Shown here one piece after another: positions 19,884-29,943 of a stretch of DNA of 64,000 nucleotides. The notes under the pieces were generated by a model. The model was not told the DNA's origin. It was given only the letters and a program-made list of their open reading frames with translations, and searched no databases. The DNA comes from an uncultured Nitrospiraceae bacterium. Its GTDB lineage: Bacteria; Nitrospirota; Nitrospiria; Nitrospirales; Nitrospiraceae. Location: contig CAVPLT010000007.1 of NCBI GenBank assembly GCA_963706325.1, positions 576,001 to 640,000 of the forward strand, in the 5' to 3' direction. The translations under genes and the position numbers were made by a program. Every line of letters starts with the position of its first letter. Position 1 is the first letter of the stretch.

Positions 19884-20657
19884 ATGAGGATGATCCGAGC
19901 AGAGTCAGGGCTCTTCGTCGGGGTGCTGCTGCTTCTGGTGGGATGCGCGGCGACCACTCCTCCCAGCCGCTTGAGTCAGTATGTACCCCCTGCGGCATCA
20001 GTGAATACGGTTGACCAGGGTCTTCCAGTCCCACGCCCGGTTCGCGCGGCGCTGGTTGTCCTTAATGACCCGTCGGCTCCCGATGCTGCGCCGGGAATTC
20101 CTGCGCAAGCACAGGATCGACTGGCGGAGACGCTTGGCGAGAGAATCAACCAAGGATTTCCGCTTCACATCGAACGTGTGGCGAATCTGGGCGAAATACC
20201 GGAAGGGACCGCTCCCAACTGGACCGAGGTCGCCAGGCAGCAGGGGGTGGAATATTTGGTCATCGTCGTTCTCTCGAGTACCGAGCAGGAATATCCCGTG
20301 TCGTTGTTTCTGGGGTGGACGACTCACATGCAGCCGGGGTTCCGCCGCGATAACTGGTCTCTGGCCGAGGCGGCGCTGGTCGACGGGCGGACGGGCAACC
20401 TGCTACTCCATGCTGAAGGGCGAGCCATGGCGACGTTGGACAGTCCGACAGCTCCGGGAATCAATCAATGGTACCCGGTGATTTATTTCCGGCCACAGGA
20501 TCCTGAGCGACGCATCTGGCCACCGACATATGAAGGAGCGCCTGTCACGCTGCGCGTCGTGTCGATGGAGCAGGCGACTAAGCGACTGGCCGGGAATCTG
20601 CAACGGGCATGGGTCGACCAGCGGGATCTTGAATTAGCCGCCATCACAACACATTGA
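19884..20657 (+). CDS. Hypothetical lipoprotein
   Basis: ATG at 19884 followed by a hydrophobic stretch and lipobox LVGC; globular alpha/beta-like remainder. Confidence 0.7.
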   Translation: MRMIRAESGLFVGVLLLLVGCAATTPPSRLSQYVPPAASVNTVDQGLPVPRPVRAALVVLNDPSAPDAAPGIPAQAQDRLAETLGERINQGFPLHIERVANLGEIPEGTAPNWTEVARQQGVEYLVIVVLSSTEQEYPVSLFLGWTTHMQPGFRRDNWSLAEAALVDGRTGNLLLHAEGRAMATLDSPTAPGINQWYPVIYFRPQDPERRIWPPTYEGAPVTLRVVSMEQATKRLAGNLQRAWVDQRDLELAAITTH

Positions 20658-20819
20658 TATGATGTTTCACCGTTGACCGACGCAGGGGCGGTGGCCAGGT
20701 GAGGGTACATCGTTCCTGTTTTTCCTCTTTGAAGGCGATTCTCCGAATAGTGTAGAATGACACGTTCATCGTCGACTAGAATTCAATTCCTTCATTTACA
20801 GGCTTCCGGAGGAGTACAC

Positions 20820-22355
20820 ATGGCGTATCGACATCCGCGTAGTAAGGTGCTGTCCGTACTCGCAGTGATCACGATGGTTGCTGCCATCTTCTTAGTCGGC
20901 GGCATCCAGGCCGACTATCAGGCTGAGGCGGCAGGTGTGCCCCCGGCGTTTGCCCAAGGGTTTTCGGAGATCGTGAAGGCGGTTACGCCTGCCGTTGTCA
21001 ACATTGCGGTGACCGGCGGAGGAGAGAGCCGTCGTGAAGGCCGTCGTCAAATTCCTCCCGGCGGCCCATTCGGTGGTCCACCTCCCGCTCCTGGTGACGA
21101 GCCACCAGGCATGGAACCACCGGGCCCTCCCGGAGCGCCTCCTGGCCCCCCGGGTGGAGGCCCGCATCGTCCGGACCAAAGTGCCGGATCGGGCGTGGTT
21201 CTTGATTCTAACGGATATATTGTCACGAACAACCACGTGGTCGAAGGCGCCACACAAATCACGGTGACGCTGTCGGATCGCCGTGAATTTCCGGCCAAGA
21301 TCGTCGGCACAGATCCCAAGACGGATTTGGCCATTATCAAGATTGAAGCGAAAGATCTCACTGCCATGAAGTGGGCGGATTATGACGAGCTTCAGGTGGG
21401 CGATGTGGTGTTAGCCGTGGGGAGCCCGTTCGGGCTTAGTTCCACCGTTACTCTCGGTATCATCAGCGCTTTGGGACGAGGAAATGTGGGCATTGCCGAT
21501 TATGAAGATTTTATTCAGACTGATGCGGCGATCAACCCGGGCAATTCAGGCGGCGCCTTGGTCAATATGCAGGGCAAGCTCATCGGCATCAACACCGCCA
21601 TTTTCTCCAGAACCGGCGGGTCTGAAGGGATCGGCTTCGCAATTCCGAGCAGCATCGCCACGGACATTGTCGAAAGCTTGACCAAGACCGGCAAAGTGGT
21701 GCGGGGATGGATGGGTGTGGCCATTCAGGAAATCACCCCAGCGTTAGCCAAGTCCTTCAAGCTTCCGGAGGAGCGTAAAGGTGTGTTGATCAGTGATGTG
21801 AACGAGAATGGCCCCTCCCACTCGGCAGGAATGCGGCGCGGAGATGTAGTGGTTGCGTTCAACGGAAAAGAAGTCCAGAGCGTCAGCCAGTTGCGGAATC
21901 TCGTGGCTCGCACCACAGTGGGAAAGGATGCAGACATCAAGATATTGCGCGAGGGAAAAGAGCAGGTATTGAAAGTCAAGGTGGCGGAACGGCCGTCGGA
22001 TGAATTGCTCGCCAAGCGGGACCCCGGTCCTGCCAGCGCCCCGACTGAGACCGTGAAGCCGCCGGACAATGTTCTCGCGTCCTTGCGCGTGCAGATGCTG
22101 GATGCGGCGATGCAGAGTCAATTGAACATTCCTTCGAAAACCACTGGGGTGGTAGTCAATTCCGTGGAGACGGGCAGCGCGGCCGAGTCCGCTGGGCTGC
22201 AGCGTGGTGACGTGATCCAAGAGGTCAACCATGAGGTAATCAAAAGCTTGGAGGATTACCAGAAGGCTTCTGCGAAGGTGAAAAAGGATGAAATGGTGGT
22301 GCTCTTGCTGAACCGGCAAGGGAACAATCTGTTCGTCGCCGTCAACCCAAAGTAA
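20820..22355 (+). CDS. DegP/DegQ (Do family) serine protease with two PDZ domains
   Basis: TNNHVV, DLAII and DAAINPGNSGG triad motifs; PDZ domains; GGAGGAG RBS before ATG 20820. Confidence 0.95.
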   Translation: MAYRHPRSKVLSVLAVITMVAAIFLVGGIQADYQAEAAGVPPAFAQGFSEIVKAVTPAVVNIAVTGGGESRREGRRQIPPGGPFGGPPPAPGDEPPGMEPPGPPGAPPGPPGGGPHRPDQSAGSGVVLDSNGYIVTNNHVVEGATQITVTLSDRREFPAKIVGTDPKTDLAIIKIEAKDLTAMKWADYDELQVGDVVLAVGSPFGLSSTVTLGIISALGRGNVGIADYEDFIQTDAAINPGNSGGALVNMQGKLIGINTAIFSRTGGSEGIGFAIPSSIATDIVESLTKTGKVVRGWMGVAIQEITPALAKSFKLPEERKGVLISDVNENGPSHSAGMRRGDVVVAFNGKEVQSVSQLRNLVARTTVGKDADIKILREGKEQVLKVKVAERPSDELLAKRDPGPASAPTETVKPPDNVLASLRVQMLDAAMQSQLNIPSKTTGVVVNSVETGSAAESAGLQRGDVIQEVNHEVIKSLEDYQKASAKVKKDEMVVLLLNRQGNNLFVAVNPK

Positions 22356-22436
22356 GACGTTGGTGAGGGCGGACTGTGTTGAGATGAAACAATGACCGTC
22401 CACCAGGTAGCCGACTCACTGGTTTCGTGAATACTC

Positions 22437-23384
22437 ATGGCTGACGGGTTCAAGTTCCAAGAGTGGCTGCAAGACACGATCTTTAAGCCGCTCGAAGATA
22501 AAAAAATGCCGGTCATGGAGCACTTGGTGGAGCTCCAGGTCCGGCTGACTCGGGCTGTCATCGTGACGGCTGTAATTTTTATCGGCACGTTCTTTTACGC
22601 CGACCTGCTGGTGAAGTGGATCCGGGTACCCTTACAGAACATGTTCGTGCCCGGATCCCTTTCCTGGATGCCGACAGATCTCCCGACCGTACCCTTTGTG
22701 TTCCTCGCGCCCGCCGAAGCTCTGTGGCAAAACGTAAAAGTCGCAGGGCTGTTTGCCCTCGTCTTGGGAACTCCTTATATCCTAGTGGAGTTCTGGCATT
22801 TCGTCGTTCCGGGGTTACATGCGCAGGAGCGGAGATTCGTCGGTCCGTTTGTCATTTTGAGCACCTTGGCCTTTTACCTCGGCCTCTTGTTTTCATTTTT
22901 CTTTGTCCTGCCTTTTGCGCTGAACTTCTTAATTTCCTATGGCGTGAATGCAGGTTTCATCCCCCAATTGTCGATTGCACAGTATGTCGGATTCGCGCTC
23001 TGGTTTCTCCTGGTGTTCGGCCTCATCTTCGAAGTCCCGTTGGTCATCACGCTGCTTGCCAAACTGGGATGGGTAGATGCCCCGCTGCTGAAGCGTTATC
23101 GGAAGTGGGCCTTCCTGGCGGCATTTATTTTCGCCGCTATCCTGACGCCGACGCCGGATCCTTTCAATCAGTGCCTGATGGCGCTCCCTATGTATATTTT
23201 TTATGAAGTGGGGATCGTGAGCGCAGGGATTTTCAATAAGAAAAAAATTGCCGCTCCTGAGGAAGCGCTTGTGCCCGTTGTGGCTGGGGTGGGTCCTACT
23301 GTCGGCAAACCTGGGCCATCCGTCCCGTCTTCTGGTGGTGGTGACAATGAATATGTCGGTGTGCCGACCGGCCGCCGAGGGTAG
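22437..23384 (+). CDS. tatC: Twin-arginine translocase subunit TatC
   Basis: EHLVELQVRL, PGLHAQER, FEVP, AAILTPTPDP, FYEVGI. Confidence 0.95.
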   Translation: MADGFKFQEWLQDTIFKPLEDKKMPVMEHLVELQVRLTRAVIVTAVIFIGTFFYADLLVKWIRVPLQNMFVPGSLSWMPTDLPTVPFVFLAPAEALWQNVKVAGLFALVLGTPYILVEFWHFVVPGLHAQERRFVGPFVILSTLAFYLGLLFSFFFVLPFALNFLISYGVNAGFIPQLSIAQYVGFALWFLLVFGLIFEVPLVITLLAKLGWVDAPLLKRYRKWAFLAAFIFAAILTPTPDPFNQCLMALPMYIFYEVGIVSAGIFNKKKIAAPEEALVPVVAGVGPTVGKPGPSVPSSGGGDNEYVGVPTGRRG

Positions 23385-23465
23385 TGCTGAGAGGAGTCCG
23401 GGAGACGACGAGACAAGCTCATCGTTTCACCCCCTGTCGATTTACGCTTTACGAGGAGTCTTAGG

Positions 23466-24422
23466 ATGCCACGCGAGTTAAATGTTATCTCACAGCCTGG
23501 TTCCAGCAGTGGCGGGGATGCTTGCACGTACATGTGGGCCTGCGCCATTTGCGACGAAAATGAAACCTGCCAGAAAGACAAGGAAGGCCACAGCCGCTGG
23601 CTCGTCGCCAAACGCATGGAGCGGATTGAATACAAAGTCTTGGTGATGAGCAATAAGGGTGGAGTGGGCAAGAGCACCTGCACCACCAACTTAGCCGTCA
23701 GCCTGGCGCTCAAAGGGTGGCATGTCGGAATTTGCGATATGGACATCCATGGTCCCAACATTCCGAAGATGGTGGGCGCGGAAGGTCAGAAGTTGAAGAT
23801 CAGCACATCGGGCGGAATTATTCCTCACCAGGCCTATAACATGAAGATCGCCTCGATGTCGTTCCTGCTCCAGAATTCTGACGATCCGATTATTTGGCGG
23901 GATGCCTATAAGTATGAGTTCATCAATCAGCTGCTGGGAGGAGTGGAATGGCAGGATCTCAATTTCTTGCTGATCGATCTTCCTCCCGGCACCGGCAATG
24001 AGTCGGTGACGACTATCGATCTTTTAGGTGGTGTCAGCGGGGCCGTGATCATTACGACGCCACAAGAAGTGGCGCTGCTCGATTCTCGCAAGTCTGTGAC
24101 CTTTTGCAAGGACAGCGAAGTGCCGATTATCGGCATCGTTGAAAATATGAGCGGATTGGAATGCCCTCACTGCCACAAGGAAGTAAATGTGTTCCGCAAA
24201 GGCGGTGGCGAAGCCTCGGCGGTGGATATGGGCGTTCCATTCCTGGGCCGAATTCCATTGGATCCCGATGTGGTGACGCAGAGCGATGCCGGAGAACCGT
24301 TTGCCCTCTTCAATTCCGATTCGGCCACGGCTCAGGCCTATCATGACATCGCCAACCAAGTCGAAACGTTCTGCAAGAAGAGCGGGTCGCTGATCAAGGT
24401 GGCCCCACGTCAGCAACATTGA
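23466..24422 (+). CDS. mrp: Mrp/ApbC/NBP35 Fe-S cluster carrier ATPase
   Basis: KGGVGKST, DIHGPNIP, DLPPGTG, TTPQEVA, ENMSGLECPHC. Confidence 0.93.
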   Translation: MPRELNVISQPGSSSGGDACTYMWACAICDENETCQKDKEGHSRWLVAKRMERIEYKVLVMSNKGGVGKSTCTTNLAVSLALKGWHVGICDMDIHGPNIPKMVGAEGQKLKISTSGGIIPHQAYNMKIASMSFLLQNSDDPIIWRDAYKYEFINQLLGGVEWQDLNFLLIDLPPGTGNESVTTIDLLGGVSGAVIITTPQEVALLDSRKSVTFCKDSEVPIIGIVENMSGLECPHCHKEVNVFRKGGGEASAVDMGVPFLGRIPLDPDVVTQSDAGEPFALFNSDSATAQAYHDIANQVETFCKKSGSLIKVAPRQQH

Positions 24423-25735
24423 TGGGAGAGTTATTGGTGAAAGCCGCCGATGCGACCACGGGTTTGACTCCGCTTCACAAAGCGCAACAGATCGTGCTGG
24501 ACGCTGCTGCTCCGTTGGGTCTTGAAAAGGTCTCGATTCTGGATACGCTGGGCCGCGTGCTCGGAGAGGATATCGTGGCGGAACGTTCGAATCCGCCATG
24601 GGACAATTCTGCGATGGACGGTTTTGCCGTGCGTGCGGAGGACATCACCCAAGAACACGCAATCTCAAAGCCGGTGACATTGACGGTCGTTGAAGATGTG
24701 CCGGCTGGGAAGATGCCGACCAAGTCCGTCGGGCCGGGGCAAGCTATCCGAATCATGACCGGTGCGCCGATTCCCAATGGGGCGGATACGGTCATCAAGG
24801 TTGAAGACACCGAACATACACCCGATTCGGTGCGTGTCTTTAAAGCGGAGCCTCGCGGGTCGAATATCCGGCCCCAGGGGGAGGACGTTAAAAAAGGCGA
24901 CTGCATCATTCCCAAAGGCACGCAGATCCGATCCGGCGAAGCGGGGATGCTGGCCATTCTGGCGAAATCATTCGTGCTGGTGTATCAACGTCCACGGGTG
25001 GCTATTTTATCGACCGGGGACGAGCTTGCCGATCTGGATGAGCGCTTCAGCGACGAAAAGATCATCAATTCGAACAGCTATGGCATTGCCGCGGCGGTGC
25101 AGGAGGCCGGAGGCATCCCAATTCTGCTGGGAATCGCGCGTGACACACCCGCCGCGCTGAAAGAGAAAATTTCCCACGGGCTGAACGCCGACATCCTCGT
25201 GCTGTCGGGCGGGGTCTCGATGGGTGACTATGATTTTACGAAGGCGGTCTTCCGGGATTTGGGCGCAGAGATGAATTTCTGGAAGTTGGCTATCCGGCCC
25301 GGGCAGCCGCTCGCGTTCGGAAAAATCCAAGGGAAGCCTGCCTTCGGATTGCCTGGGAATCCCGTCTCCTCGATGGTGACGTTCGAACAGTTGGTTCGCC
25401 CTGCCATGTTGAAGATGGCGGGACTGCGGGGATTTGGGCGACCGCTCGTTGAGGCGCTGTTCCAGGATACATTTTCAAAACGGACGGATCGCCGCCACTT
25501 TCTTCGCGGCGTCTTGTGGCGGGAAGGCGGGGTCTTCAAGGTACGGACCACCGGTGACCAAGGATCCGGGATTTTGACCTCCATGGTGAAGGCCAACTGT
25601 CTCATCGATCTTCCTGTTGAGGTGGAACGGGTGAACCCCGGCGATCCAGTCACCGTTCAATTATTGAGTGGTTCGGTGTGGATGGAACAGGCGGCAGCGC
25701 CGCCATCGGCAGACGCTCGTCCCTCGTGCTGTTGA
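24419..25735 (+). CDS. moeA: Molybdopterin molybdenumtransferase
   Basis: SAMDGFAV, IMTGAPIP, STGDEL, SGGVSMGDYD, GLPGNPVS. Confidence 0.95.
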   Translation: MMGELLVKAADATTGLTPLHKAQQIVLDAAAPLGLEKVSILDTLGRVLGEDIVAERSNPPWDNSAMDGFAVRAEDITQEHAISKPVTLTVVEDVPAGKMPTKSVGPGQAIRIMTGAPIPNGADTVIKVEDTEHTPDSVRVFKAEPRGSNIRPQGEDVKKGDCIIPKGTQIRSGEAGMLAILAKSFVLVYQRPRVAILSTGDELADLDERFSDEKIINSNSYGIAAAVQEAGGIPILLGIARDTPAALKEKISHGLNADILVLSGGVSMGDYDFTKAVFRDLGAEMNFWKLAIRPGQPLAFGKIQGKPAFGLPGNPVSSMVTFEQLVRPAMLKMAGLRGFGRPLVEALFQDTFSKRTDRRHFLRGVLWREGGVFKVRTTGDQGSGILTSMVKANCLIDLPVEVERVNPGDPVTVQLLSGSVWMEQAAAPPSADARPSCC

Positions 25736-25756
25736 ACCGCGAAAGGACCTCTCTTC

Positions 25757-26266
25757 ATGGCCGTCCCTATTCTGGCGTTTGTCGGACGATCAAACAGCGG
25801 GAAGACGACGCTCATCGAGCGGGTGATCCCTGAATTAGTTCGGGCGGGATACAAGGTGGCGACGGTCAAACACGCCGGCCATGGATTCGATTTGGACACC
25901 GAGGGAAAGGATAGCTGGCGACACAAGCAGGCGGGGGCCGGCGCGGTCGTCATCATTTCGAAAAGCAGCCTCGCGATGTTCGCCGATGTGTCCGATCATA
26001 TGAATGTCGAGGAGGTGCGTGAGCAGTATCTCGATGCCTCCTATGATCTGATTCTTGCCGAGGGCTGGCGAAGTGAGGGATATCCTAAGATCGTGGTAGT
26101 ACGGGACCAAATCGGCGAGGTCCCTGTCTCGCAAGATGGCCTGCTCGCGGTGGTGTCCAACAAGCCGGTCGAAACATCGGTGCCGCTGCTCGATCCCGAT
26201 GATGTCTCAGGCGTCGCCGCCTTGATCATTCGGCATTTCCCCAAACTCGAACGGGACGATGCGTAG
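25757..26266 (+). CDS. mobB: Molybdopterin-guanine dinucleotide biosynthesis protein B
   Basis: GRSNSGKTTL, VKHAGH, GKDSWRH, ILAEG. Confidence 0.93.
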   Translation: MAVPILAFVGRSNSGKTTLIERVIPELVRAGYKVATVKHAGHGFDLDTEGKDSWRHKQAGAGAVVIISKSSLAMFADVSDHMNVEEVREQYLDASYDLILAEGWRSEGYPKIVVVRDQIGEVPVSQDGLLAVVSNKPVETSVPLLDPDDVSGVAALIIRHFPKLERDDA

Positions 26267-26963
26267 AGTTTCCGCCATTGTGATCGGAGCGATTGTGGCC
26301 GGCGCAGTGGCTGTTGGGGGAGTGGCGGTTCCTCTCACCAATCACCCGAAGTTCTGCGCCAGCTGTCATACCATCAAACCGGCTTACGAGAGCTGGCTCC
26401 AATCGTCCCACAAAGAGGTTGAGTGTGTGGCCTGTCACGTCAGGCCAGGCGTCGTTGGTTGGTTGCACGATAAGGCCTGGCATGGAACGAGAGATGTGGC
26501 CATTACCCTTTTTGGCACGCCGACGGAGCCACATAATCTGCAGGCGCAAGTTGATTCGGCTGTATGCCTCGGTTGTCACCGCAACATTTTGCGCCTGTCC
26601 GAAATTGCTGCTCGGGATCTGCCCCCGCCGGTGAAAGACGTGGGATTGATCATGAACCATCGCAAACACATGGAGGCGTTCGGCGCGCGAGGACAAGGCG
26701 AGGGTTGCACGACTTGTCATGCAGCAGTCGTCCATGAACACCCGATCAAGGGCTACCCGATCGTCATTCCCCGCGGGCACGTCTCGGCCGATAGTCGGCC
26801 GTGGAAACCGGAGCATCCTGAGGGCTCTGCGCTGCATAAGCGCGCCATGGCAGACTGTTTTCGCTGCCACGACAATAGAACGGAATACAATGGCAAGGTG
26901 CTCAGCCGGAAGTGCGACACATGCCATGTGCCTGAGAAGCTCGCAGAGTTCTTGTCGTTTTAA
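26259..26963 (+). CDS. Membrane-anchored hexaheme cytochrome c, NapC/NirT-like N-terminus
   Basis: N-terminal TM helix and six CXXCH motifs (CASCH, CVACH, CLGCH, CTTCH, CFRCH, CDTCH). Confidence 0.9.
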   Translation: MRRVSAIVIGAIVAGAVAVGGVAVPLTNHPKFCASCHTIKPAYESWLQSSHKEVECVACHVRPGVVGWLHDKAWHGTRDVAITLFGTPTEPHNLQAQVDSAVCLGCHRNILRLSEIAARDLPPPVKDVGLIMNHRKHMEAFGARGQGEGCTTCHAAVVHEHPIKGYPIVIPRGHVSADSRPWKPEHPEGSALHKRAMADCFRCHDNRTEYNGKVLSRKCDTCHVPEKLAEFLSF

Positions 26964-26983
26964 TCTACGGGAAAGAGCGTCTC

Positions 26984-27712
26984 ATGTCTTCCGCGGTGGT
27001 CGAAGTCCGCAATCTGACCAAACGTTTCGGCGAGTTCACGGCGGTGGACGGCATCTCCTTCGATATCCGCCGAGGAGAGATCCTCGGTCTGCTGGGCCCC
27101 AATGGCGCCGGGAAGACGACGACCTTTCAAATGATGCTCGGGTTGGTCACGCCGACCTCGGGCTCGATCCACATGTTCGGATTAGACTTGCAGAGCCAGC
27201 GCGGGGCGATACTCCAGCAGGTGAATTTTTCCTCCACATATATTTCAATGCCCTATGCACTGACAGTGGAGGAGAACCTCACCGTCATAGGCCGTTTGTA
27301 CGGCTTATCGAATATTGCCGGCCGGATCAACGACATGGTCAAGAAATTGGAGATGGAAGAGTGGCGCCACAAACTCACACGCAAATTATCTTCCGGACAA
27401 ATGACCAGGCTGACCCTGGCGAAGGCGTTGCTGACGGAGCCTAAAGTGTTGTTTTTGGACGAGCCCACTGCCAGCCTCGACCCCGACATCGCGCACAAAA
27501 TTAGAGCGATCCTGTTGGAGGAACGGCGTGCAACCGGCCTCAGTATTCTCTACACCTCCCACAACATGCGGGAGATGGAGGAAATGTCCGATCGTATTAT
27601 CTTCCTGCAGCGTGGAAAAATTGTGGCCGAGGGCAAGGCCCAGGACATTGTCGCTCGGTTTGGGCAGGCCGATCTGGAAGACGTCTTCCTCAAGCTTGCC
27701 CGGGAGCAGTAA
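26984..27712 (+). CDS. ABC transporter ATP-binding protein
   Basis: GPNGAGKTT, LSSGQ, FLDEPT, H-loop TSH. Confidence 0.93.
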   Translation: MSSAVVEVRNLTKRFGEFTAVDGISFDIRRGEILGLLGPNGAGKTTTFQMMLGLVTPTSGSIHMFGLDLQSQRGAILQQVNFSSTYISMPYALTVEENLTVIGRLYGLSNIAGRINDMVKKLEMEEWRHKLTRKLSSGQMTRLTLAKALLTEPKVLFLDEPTASLDPDIAHKIRAILLEERRATGLSILYTSHNMREMEEMSDRIIFLQRGKIVAEGKAQDIVARFGQADLEDVFLKLAREQ

Positions 27713-27750
27713 CGGTGATGATTTCATGTTGAAAAGGAGAACCGACCCTC

Positions 27751-28161
27751 ATGATTGACGCGGGATTGTCCTTCGGCGCCGGGCTGCTCATCGGTGGCTT
27801 CGGTCTCATGCTTCTGTGGGGCCTGTTGTGGCTGATCGTTGGGACCGTTGGGTTGGCGCGGCAGACGTGCAGCTGGGCGATTTTCCTCAGTAGTGTCAGC
27901 AGCAGTGTTATCGCGGCCTTGTCGATGTTGGTCATGGTGTGGTTCATTGATCAAGCGAGGTTGAGTAGTTTCGCCTTGCAGATAGGACTCCTGGGGGTAC
28001 CGCTCGGTCTGATGGGGGCGAGTTTCGGTCGGCTTGAAGATGGGCGCCGAATCGGTCCGGCTTTTGTCGAAGGGAGCCGCATGATGATGCATCAGCTCCT
28101 TGGTGTACAGCAGGAGGGATGCGGGCATTGCCACGAGAAACCCTGTGAAGAGCGCCTGTAG
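27751..28161 (+). CDS. Hypothetical membrane protein with C-terminal CGHCH..C
   Basis: AAAGGAG RBS; about three TM segments; C-terminus CGHCHEKPC. Confidence 0.65.
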   Translation: MIDAGLSFGAGLLIGGFGLMLLWGLLWLIVGTVGLARQTCSWAIFLSSVSSSVIAALSMLVMVWFIDQARLSSFALQIGLLGVPLGLMGASFGRLEDGRRIGPAFVEGSRMMMHQLLGVQQEGCGHCHEKPCEERL

Positions 28162-28167
28162 CGGAAG

Positions 28168-28959
28168 ATGACCTATCATCGTATCGCAGCCCTGGTCATT
28201 CGGCATCTGTATCTCTACCGGCGCAGCTTGCCGCGGATGATGGAAATCATCTATTGGCCGTTTCTGGATTTGGTGGTGTGGGGATTCATCACGGTGTATT
28301 TGGCGACCTTTCAAGGCCAAATGCCCGCGCTTGTCACCTTTCTCCTGGGGGCGCTGATTCTGTGGGATGTGTTATTCCGATCGCAACAGGGCATCGCCAT
28401 TTCGTTTCTGGAGGAAATTTGGGCGCGCAACCTCATGAACCTGTTTGCCAGTCCGCTCAGGCCGAGCGAATTTCTCGCCGCCACTATGGTGATGAGTCTG
28501 TTCAAAGTGACCGCGGTGTCCATCGTGATGTCGGGGTGCGCCTGGTTCTTTTATGGATACAACGTTTTCATGCTCGGCCTGTGGCTCATACCGTTCATCG
28601 TGAATCTCGTGTTGACCGGATGGATCATCGGTGTGCTGACGACCTCGCTCATCATGCGGTTTGGACAGGAGGCCGAGGTGCTGGCCTGGAGTATGGTCTT
28701 TTTGTTTCAGCCGATTTCCTGCGTGTTCTACCCCATGGATGTCTTGCCGACGTGGTTGAAAGCGGCGGCATGGATGAATCCGGCAGCGCATGTGTTCGAA
28801 GGTATGCGGGGTCTTTTGGCCAATCACATGGCTCCCGTAGCCAGTCTCGGCTTAGCCACAGGGTTGAATTTCCTGTATCTCGTGGCAGTCATCGCCTGGT
28901 TTCATCATACGTTCAATGTGTGCAAGGACCGAGGATCGTTGGTGCGAGTGGGCGAGTAG
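28168..28959 (+). CDS. ABC-2 type permease
   Basis: Six TM segments, EEIWARNL..LFASPL, FYPM..LP..L motif. Confidence 0.88.
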   Translation: MTYHRIAALVIRHLYLYRRSLPRMMEIIYWPFLDLVVWGFITVYLATFQGQMPALVTFLLGALILWDVLFRSQQGIAISFLEEIWARNLMNLFASPLRPSEFLAATMVMSLFKVTAVSIVMSGCAWFFYGYNVFMLGLWLIPFIVNLVLTGWIIGVLTTSLIMRFGQEAEVLAWSMVFLFQPISCVFYPMDVLPTWLKAAAWMNPAAHVFEGMRGLLANHMAPVASLGLATGLNFLYLVAVIAWFHHTFNVCKDRGSLVRVGE

Positions 28960-28995
28960 TCGAATGGGATCGCACCGCCCGATAGGGAAAAAGAT

Positions 28996-29685
28996 ATGAA
29001 GATCACCTCAGGGCACATCCAGCAATCGCGATCGGCAGCCGAGCTCGAGGGGTTCTCATTTCACCGGACGCCGGTCCTGGTCGTCGAAAACTTTTGGTCC
29101 GTCGAAGAACGCAGTCAGGTTCGAGCGGCGATGCAGCGTGCGAATTGGAATCAGCTACAAGATTTGTCCCATGTGCGGCAGGACTTTCCGAACTCCGGCA
29201 ACTGGGCGAAGGCCGAAATCGCTCAACCGCAAGGCCAGATACTGCTGAGCCGGTTGCAGATACCCTGCATTCATGAATACATAGAGTCTTTCCCCGACAT
29301 CACCGGCCGGCATTTGGGGTTCAGTTATTATTCCTATGGTGCCGGCGACTGCCTGCTCACCCACGATGATACGGATCAAGGTCACCCCGCCGGGGGAAAG
29401 CCCGCTCCCTTGCGACGTCTCGCACTGGTCACCTATTTTCATGAGGAATGGGAATGTGATTGGGGAGGGGAATTGATCATCTATGCGCCGTCGGGCACAC
29501 GCCAAGACGGCAAACCAGACCTAGCCATCACTCATTGCATTGCGCCGAAGCCAGGGTCGCTGGTCATGTTTACGGTGCCGCGGTTCCACCGCGTGTGCCG
29601 TGTGGACCATACGGCAGGGGATCATAAACGCCTTTCGATCGCCGGCTGGTTCATGACCCAACATCGCTCACCGACAATTTTCTGA
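28996..29685 (+). CDS. 2OG-Fe(II) oxygenase, prolyl-hydroxylase-like
   Basis: HxD (THDD), WGGEL, distal His (RFHRV), RLSIAGWF. Confidence 0.88.
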   Translation: MKITSGHIQQSRSAAELEGFSFHRTPVLVVENFWSVEERSQVRAAMQRANWNQLQDLSHVRQDFPNSGNWAKAEIAQPQGQILLSRLQIPCIHEYIESFPDITGRHLGFSYYSYGAGDCLLTHDDTDQGHPAGGKPAPLRRLALVTYFHEEWECDWGGELIIYAPSGTRQDGKPDLAITHCIAPKPGSLVMFTVPRFHRVCRVDHTAGDHKRLSIAGWFMTQHRSPTIF

Positions 29686-29943
29686 CAGGGGGCGCCGACC
29701 CAAGCCGCTGGCTCATTTGTCGGCTTGTATGACGAGTGAACGCGTGGTAGGATCCGCCCCGTCTCCCGCTGGGGCCTGGCGAGGGATGCGTTGAAATAGT
29801 TCAGGTCCACTGTCGATGTTGGCTTGCCCGAGGATCTAATCGAAAGCCAGACCCAAGTCGCCCGTTACGTCGCGTCTTTGGCCCGTCCTTTCCCTTTCTT
29901 TCCTTCGTTCAAGACAATATCATTACCCAAGAGGAGGACCCGT

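Noticed and set aside
21050..21170. Repetitive CC/GG-rich tract in the DegQ gene
   Set aside because: Encodes a Pro/Gly low-complexity linker (PPGPPGAPPGPPGGG); not a DNA repeat array.
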